Shown in pieces: positions 59,827 to 64,000 of a DNA stretch of 64,000 nt. The notes under the pieces were generated by a model that was given only the letters and a program-made list of their open reading frames with translations, was not told the origin of the DNA and did not search any database. The stretch is from contig CAWDOY010000014.1 in NCBI GenBank assembly GCA_963803975.1, positions 1 to 64,000 on the forward strand. The letters are read 5' to 3'. A program made the position numbers and the translations under genes. Numbering within the stretch: the first letter of the stretch is position 1; each line of letters opens with the position of its first letter. This DNA comes from an uncultured delta proteobacterium. Lineage in GTDB: Bacteria > Desulfobacterota > WTBG01 > CAIYCZ01.

Positions 59827-60041
59827 ATATGAGCTTCTCTAATAGCAATAGTATATTATTCGACCATCAACATAGAGGCTCCGTCTTAATACCAGTTTTG
59901 GTAGTGGCAAGCCTTAGCTTGCGTTTATGAGATTTCGCTGTTTCAATATCTTGCGCAGCCTAACCACTTCAAAAACCAATTCATTTATAAATTGCGACTC
60001 AGTCTTATAGCCGGCTATTTAAGTAAATAATTGGTAAATAT

Positions 60042-60896
60042 ATGGATCGAAACGCCACTGTTTTTATAACCGGTGCATCAACCGGCATAGGCAAAACCTG
60101 CGCCCTCTATTTAGATAGAATAGGTTTTCATGTATTTGCCGGGGTGCGAAAAAATATTGATGGGGCTGCTTTAAAACAGGAGTCGTCAGATAGGCTACAA
60201 ACCATTATCATTGATGTTGTTGATCCTGATTCGATACAAGCAGCAGTTTCCGAGGTGACTCGTTTAACTAAAAATCAGTTGTTCGGGTTAATTAATAACG
60301 CAGGAATTGCTTTTGGTGGGCCTTTAGAAATTCTCCCGATTCAGGAGATTAAAAGGTTATTAGAAGTAAATGTTATAGGTGTGCTTGCAGTAACGAAAGC
60401 GTTTTTACCATTGCTCAGACAGAGCCGAGGACGAATTATAAATATGGGTTCAACTTCCGGGCTGCTGGCATTACCATGCTTGAGTACATATGCGGCTTCT
60501 AAGTTTGCATTAGAAGCAATAACTGATTCATTACGAGTTGAACTCGGTCCCTTTGGAATTTCGGTAATTATTATAGAAGCAGGCAATATCGAAACTCCCA
60601 TATGGGAAAAAGGTGTGGCGGTAACAAACCAAATAGCAGATGCAGCATGTCCTGAAATACTTCGCCTGTATAAGCCGCTTATCGAATTCAGCAAACAAAC
60701 TGCTCTGAATGCACCTAAACTGCCCGCTGAAAAAGTGGCCAGAGTCGTAAGCAAGGTATTGCATGCACGAAAGCCAAAAGGACGCTATATAATTGGCGCA
60801 GATGCTCGATTGTTTAAGCTTGTACGTCATGTACCGTGTCTTGTTCGGGATTGGATTATTTTAAAAATTATACCGAACTATGGACACAAGAACTAA
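60042..60896 (+). CDS. Short-chain dehydrogenase (17-beta-HSD/retinol dehydrogenase-like)
   Basis: TGASTGIG, GLINNAGI, YAASKFALEA, LRVEL. Confidence 0.9.
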   Translation: MDRNATVFITGASTGIGKTCALYLDRIGFHVFAGVRKNIDGAALKQESSDRLQTIIIDVVDPDSIQAAVSEVTRLTKNQLFGLINNAGIAFGGPLEILPIQEIKRLLEVNVIGVLAVTKAFLPLLRQSRGRIINMGSTSGLLALPCLSTYAASKFALEAITDSLRVELGPFGISVIIIEAGNIETPIWEKGVAVTNQIADAACPEILRLYKPLIEFSKQTALNAPKLPAEKVARVVSKVLHARKPKGRYIIGADARLFKLVRHVPCLVRDWIILKIIPNYGHKN

Positions 60897-62608
60897 TACG
60901 TTATAATGTTTTTTATTCGGTCGTCAGGATAAAGCTCGAATCTGAAACGTTTGCCGGGACTGTCCTTGCGCACATAAATATCATATCCCCAGCCATTATA
61001 TATCCATGCAAAAATCCCCGATGATAGGTCAAGCACATCAAAGAAATTGTACGGCTTGGGCCATGAGGGGCTGGTGGTTTTAGGAATTATGTTAAAGGTT
61101 CCCAGATACGCATAGCGCTCTTTAAAATCAGCATGATCTGCGATACCGACGCTGCTGCCGGGATATGTATCGGATCCCTTCAGTTGGAAATTATACAGCA
61201 TGACGTATTCCGGTTTGAGCTTCAGGAGCAGGGCCCGCTCTTTTTCTTTATAGCTGTTAAAGCTGAATGAACATGGCAGCCAAGTAATGTCAGGTGCTCC
61301 ATATGTTTTCCTGAGCTCTGCAAATTCCCTGCTGGTAAGGCCGAAGAGATCCAAGGTGGGCGTCTCCGAATAATAGGGTATCCGGCCGATATCTCCGAGG
61401 CAGAGCAGATATTTGTCGGCAAGCTCTTTTTTTACCCAATCACCAAATGTTTTCTGATTGTAATAGGCAAAGGAGTCAAGATCACGCAGCCGGAGATTGA
61501 GGGTCAGGTCGAAAAAAAACTGCTCACCGGCCATTACGAAGCAGAAAACGATCGTGCTCCCCCAGATAAGCCGCTGTCTTTTCGACTGACTGCAAACGAC
61601 GGAATTCCACAGGCTGCAAACTATTAACTGGCAGAGAATAAGAACCAGAGGAATGAGGGGAGTTATATGGCGAAAAAAGGGGACCCACTCAAAACCCACA
61701 AAAAATATATTAAAGCACAGGCCGCACGCGATAAAGAGTATTACCGGAACTACTGCGTGCTTTTCAGCAGCTAACTTTCCCGCCTTCCAGAACATGAGCA
61801 GAAAAATAACCAGGTAGGGGTAGTGGGTTAAAAACCCCTTGAGAGTAAATACACCAAGGCCCGCCCGCACTATCAACGGAAAAGAAGCTGTCTTTGCATA
61901 ATAGGTGTTGGGCAAGGGCAGGTGATAATAGGAAAGCCGCCACAAAACAAACAAGCTGTAGCCGGCTATAAAAATAAAAAATCCCGGGAGATAGGGCTTG
62001 AGGGACTCCCTGTTAAAAAGGCAGCGCAGCACTATATACGCGATATAAAAGGCAAAAAAAAGATTCCCTTCTGGCCTGGTGAGTGCCAACAGCAGAAAAC
62101 CAAAAGAAGATAGAGCAAAGGGTAGCGGCCTGTTTTGTGCCCAGAGCACATTATGGGTACAGAGTAAGAGGAGAAAAGTATATGCTGAAGTTTCCAGACC
62201 GTTGGTAGCTAAATAGTGAAATGGCAAAAACAGCACATAGAGGAGAGGGGCAAATAGGGTGCCGTATCCCCGTATGGCAAAATAGCGGCACGGTATATAC
62301 CAGATAAGAAGCAAGGTAAGGATATTACAGAGCCCGCCAATAAACCTGCTGAATGAAGCCATATCCAGCCCCAGCTTGTGGGCACCGGCTATAGCAGTCA
62401 TCCAGATGAAGTTCGAATAGCCCTCAACATGCTCGCCGGAATTAAAAACAGGACCTGCTCCTTCTGAGAGGTTACGGGAAAAACGGAAGGTGATAAATGC
62501 ATCCTCACAGGGGTAGTTATTTATTTTAAAAATAGCATATAGTTCTATAACGTACCCAATAATAATAATGAGCGCAAAAAAGTTTAATAAAGCCCGGTTA
62601 TTATTCAT
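60893..62608 (-). CDS. Polytopic membrane protein, GT-C glycosyltransferase-like
   Basis: EDAFITFRFSRNL..G.G.VFN.GE.VEGYSN, GLET, TRPEG, LPNTYYAK, DLFGL. Confidence 0.75.
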   Translation of the reverse strand: MNNNRALLNFFALIIIIGYVIELYAIFKINNYPCEDAFITFRFSRNLSEGAGPVFNSGEHVEGYSNFIWMTAIAGAHKLGLDMASFSRFIGGLCNILTLLLIWYIPCRYFAIRGYGTLFAPLLYVLFLPFHYLATNGLETSAYTFLLLLCTHNVLWAQNRPLPFALSSFGFLLLALTRPEGNLFFAFYIAYIVLRCLFNRESLKPYLPGFFIFIAGYSLFVLWRLSYYHLPLPNTYYAKTASFPLIVRAGLGVFTLKGFLTHYPYLVIFLLMFWKAGKLAAEKHAVVPVILFIACGLCFNIFFVGFEWVPFFRHITPLIPLVLILCQLIVCSLWNSVVCSQSKRQRLIWGSTIVFCFVMAGEQFFFDLTLNLRLRDLDSFAYYNQKTFGDWVKKELADKYLLCLGDIGRIPYYSETPTLDLFGLTSREFAELRKTYGAPDITWLPCSFSFNSYKEKERALLLKLKPEYVMLYNFQLKGSDTYPGSSVGIADHADFKERYAYLGTFNIIPKTTSPSWPKPYNFFDVLDLSSGIFAWIYNGWGYDIYVRKDSPGKRFRFELYPDDRIKNIITY

Positions 62609-62737
62609 TATTTCTTCTCAATCTTGAGCCTAATGCAGTAACGCAACCGGGGGTGGTTGCTTAAATACTCATAACACAACACGTTGTTGTCATGTAATTT
62701 CAACTGCTTTTCTTTAAATGATCGGTGTGCACATACC

Positions 62738-63195
62738 CGTTGACTCACAGAAAACGGTAAACCCCAAAGAGGAGAGGTTATAGAATAAGAGAAGCAGCAG
62801 CAAGGTTGCGGTAGCCAAAGGGTATTAAAGACCATTTTGAGTTTTGATTCAATGATTTTATTAAGTTTAAAAGAGTTAAGGGATTTATGCGTCTCCCTGA
62901 GGAGTAGTTTAGACTGCTGGGTAAGCTGCTCTGAGTCAAGGAGTCGTTGATAGGGGGTTTGTGCGGGATAATCCTTTTTGATATGTTTTAAGTTGACGCG
63001 CTGTTTTTCTTTGAGCTTCCGGGTTGAACAGAAGTAGTTAGCATAGAGGCTGAAAGCGTTTTTGTAGCGGTCATTGATTGCGGCAACCAGTTCTGGTTTT
63101 TCGACGCAGTCGTAGCCGAGCAGCTGGCGGCATGGGGCCAATTCTTTTGTTCCACGTGGGCGTTATCATTTTTCTTATAGGGGCGGGTAAATAAG
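62738..63195 (-). pseudogene. Degraded DDE transposase (integrase-core) C-terminal remnant with possible IS end
   Basis: FTRPYKKNDNAHVEQKNW, frameshift, RQLLGY...TPYQRLL; N-terminus missing. Confidence 0.75.
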
Positions 63196-63273
63196 ACTGT
63201 TTTTTTAGAACTGCTATACTATAATATTTAAGCTTAGCTTATTTTAATATAAGAGTATCGGAGATTTTTATAA

Positions 63274-64000
63274 ATGCGTTTTCTATTTGTCGATCGTATC
63301 TGTGAACTGGAAAAGGGCCGGCGTGTGCGGGCCGTTAAAAATATTTCCTGGTATGGGGATTTCCTGGAGGAAATCTTTCCCGGTCTCCCGGTCTTTTCTC
63401 CGGTCATTGCCGCAGAAGCTGCAGCCCAGGCCCTTTCCTGGCTGATTGTCGAAGCAAGGGACTTTACCGTTAAACCGCTCATTACCATGCTTGATTCCTA
63501 CACCTGCTCGCACCATATACAGCCCGGCGACCAGATTGAACTAGAGGGAGCGGTTGAGAGCTTTCAGCCGGAAAGTGCCCTGGCCCATGCCCGCATTCTG
63601 CTCAATAAAAAACCGGCCGCCGAAATTAATCACGGTGTCTGTTACCTGTATCCGCTCCACGAGCTGCAGGACCCGGAAAGCGCCCGAAGGCAATTTAAGA
63701 ACCTTACAGAATATCAGGCTCCCCTGCAGCAGGTGCCGGTGGTAACAACAGGTTTGCCGCAGGGCAAAGTCTCCTCCCTGGTAACGAGGCCGTGGGTAGA
63801 CCGGGTTATAGAATACGAAGCCGGTAAAAAAATCGTCGGCATTAGAAATGTGACCAGCACTGAAGATTACTTTCGCGATCATTTTCCGCTCAAGCCGCTG
63901 CTGCCCGGGGTCATCATCATGGAATCCCTTATTAGCGCCGCACAGCTGCTCATTGGGCCGATGCTTGCTGCAAACGGGCTTGGCAGTAAGAAGGCGGTTC
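63274..64000 (+). CDS. Di-domain FabZ-like hotdog dehydratase (partial, runs off the window; not in the ORF track)
   Basis: MRFLFVDRI...EEIFPGLPVFSPVIAAEA, linker, PWVDRVI...YFRDHFPLKPLLPGVIIMES in one open frame. Confidence 0.88.
   Translation, partial: MRFLFVDRICELEKGRRVRAVKNISWYGDFLEEIFPGLPVFSPVIAAEAAAQALSWLIVEARDFTVKPLITMLDSYTCSHHIQPGDQIELEGAVESFQPESALAHARILLNKKPAAEINHGVCYLYPLHELQDPESARRQFKNLTEYQAPLQQVPVVTTGLPQGKVSSLVTRPWVDRVIEYEAGKKIVGIRNVTSTEDYFRDHFPLKPLLPGVIIMESLISAAQLLIGPMLAANGLGSKKAV

Noticed and set aside
62608..63141. 177 aa ORF as an intact gene
   Set aside because: Frameshifted transposase fragment reading on into flanking DNA
52112..64000. Calling the cluster a ladderane, aryl-polyene or olefin pathway outright
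   Set aside because: No radical SAM, ApeE-H-like or OleA/B/C genes are visible in the window; only the general architecture is similar

Overview
Chromosomal segment of an anaerobic bacterium. Gene content (tungsten AOR, 2-oxoacid:ferredoxin oxidoreductase, sat, sigma54 two-component system) suggests Desulfobacterota/deltaproteobacteria, which is an inference. Left to right: a SmaI-like type II restriction-modification pair; an AOR operon with a Tat/lipoprotein Fe-S subunit; a lexA-small ORF-dinB SOS cassette; housekeeping genes (ilvD, rpe, mltG, cvpA, oxidoreductase operon, yqeY); a nitrilase-family amidase and CaiC-like ligase; a Phd/RelE toxin-antitoxin pair bounded by attC-like sites; PHP, AlkP-family and sat genes; a type II secretion operon (gspE-M, gspD); a RAYT transposase remnant; an AT-rich island with two secreted hydrolases that share a duplicated leader (uORF plus terminator); an MFS transporter and a second TA pair. 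The right end holds a binding protein/histidine kinase/sigma54 activator/TonB receptor operon divergent from an unusual type II FAS/PKS cluster (three ketosynthases, one non-catalytic; extended ACP; FabG; duplicated OleD-like reductases; di-domain FabZ running off the window). The intergenic region between them carries a sigma54 -24/-12 site and inverted-repeat enhancers. The strongest candidate for a new system is this sensing module controlling, and possibly auto-inducing, the lipid cluster. At least seven genes have single-base indels that look like sequencing errors. Family assignments come from motif recognition only; no database searches were run.
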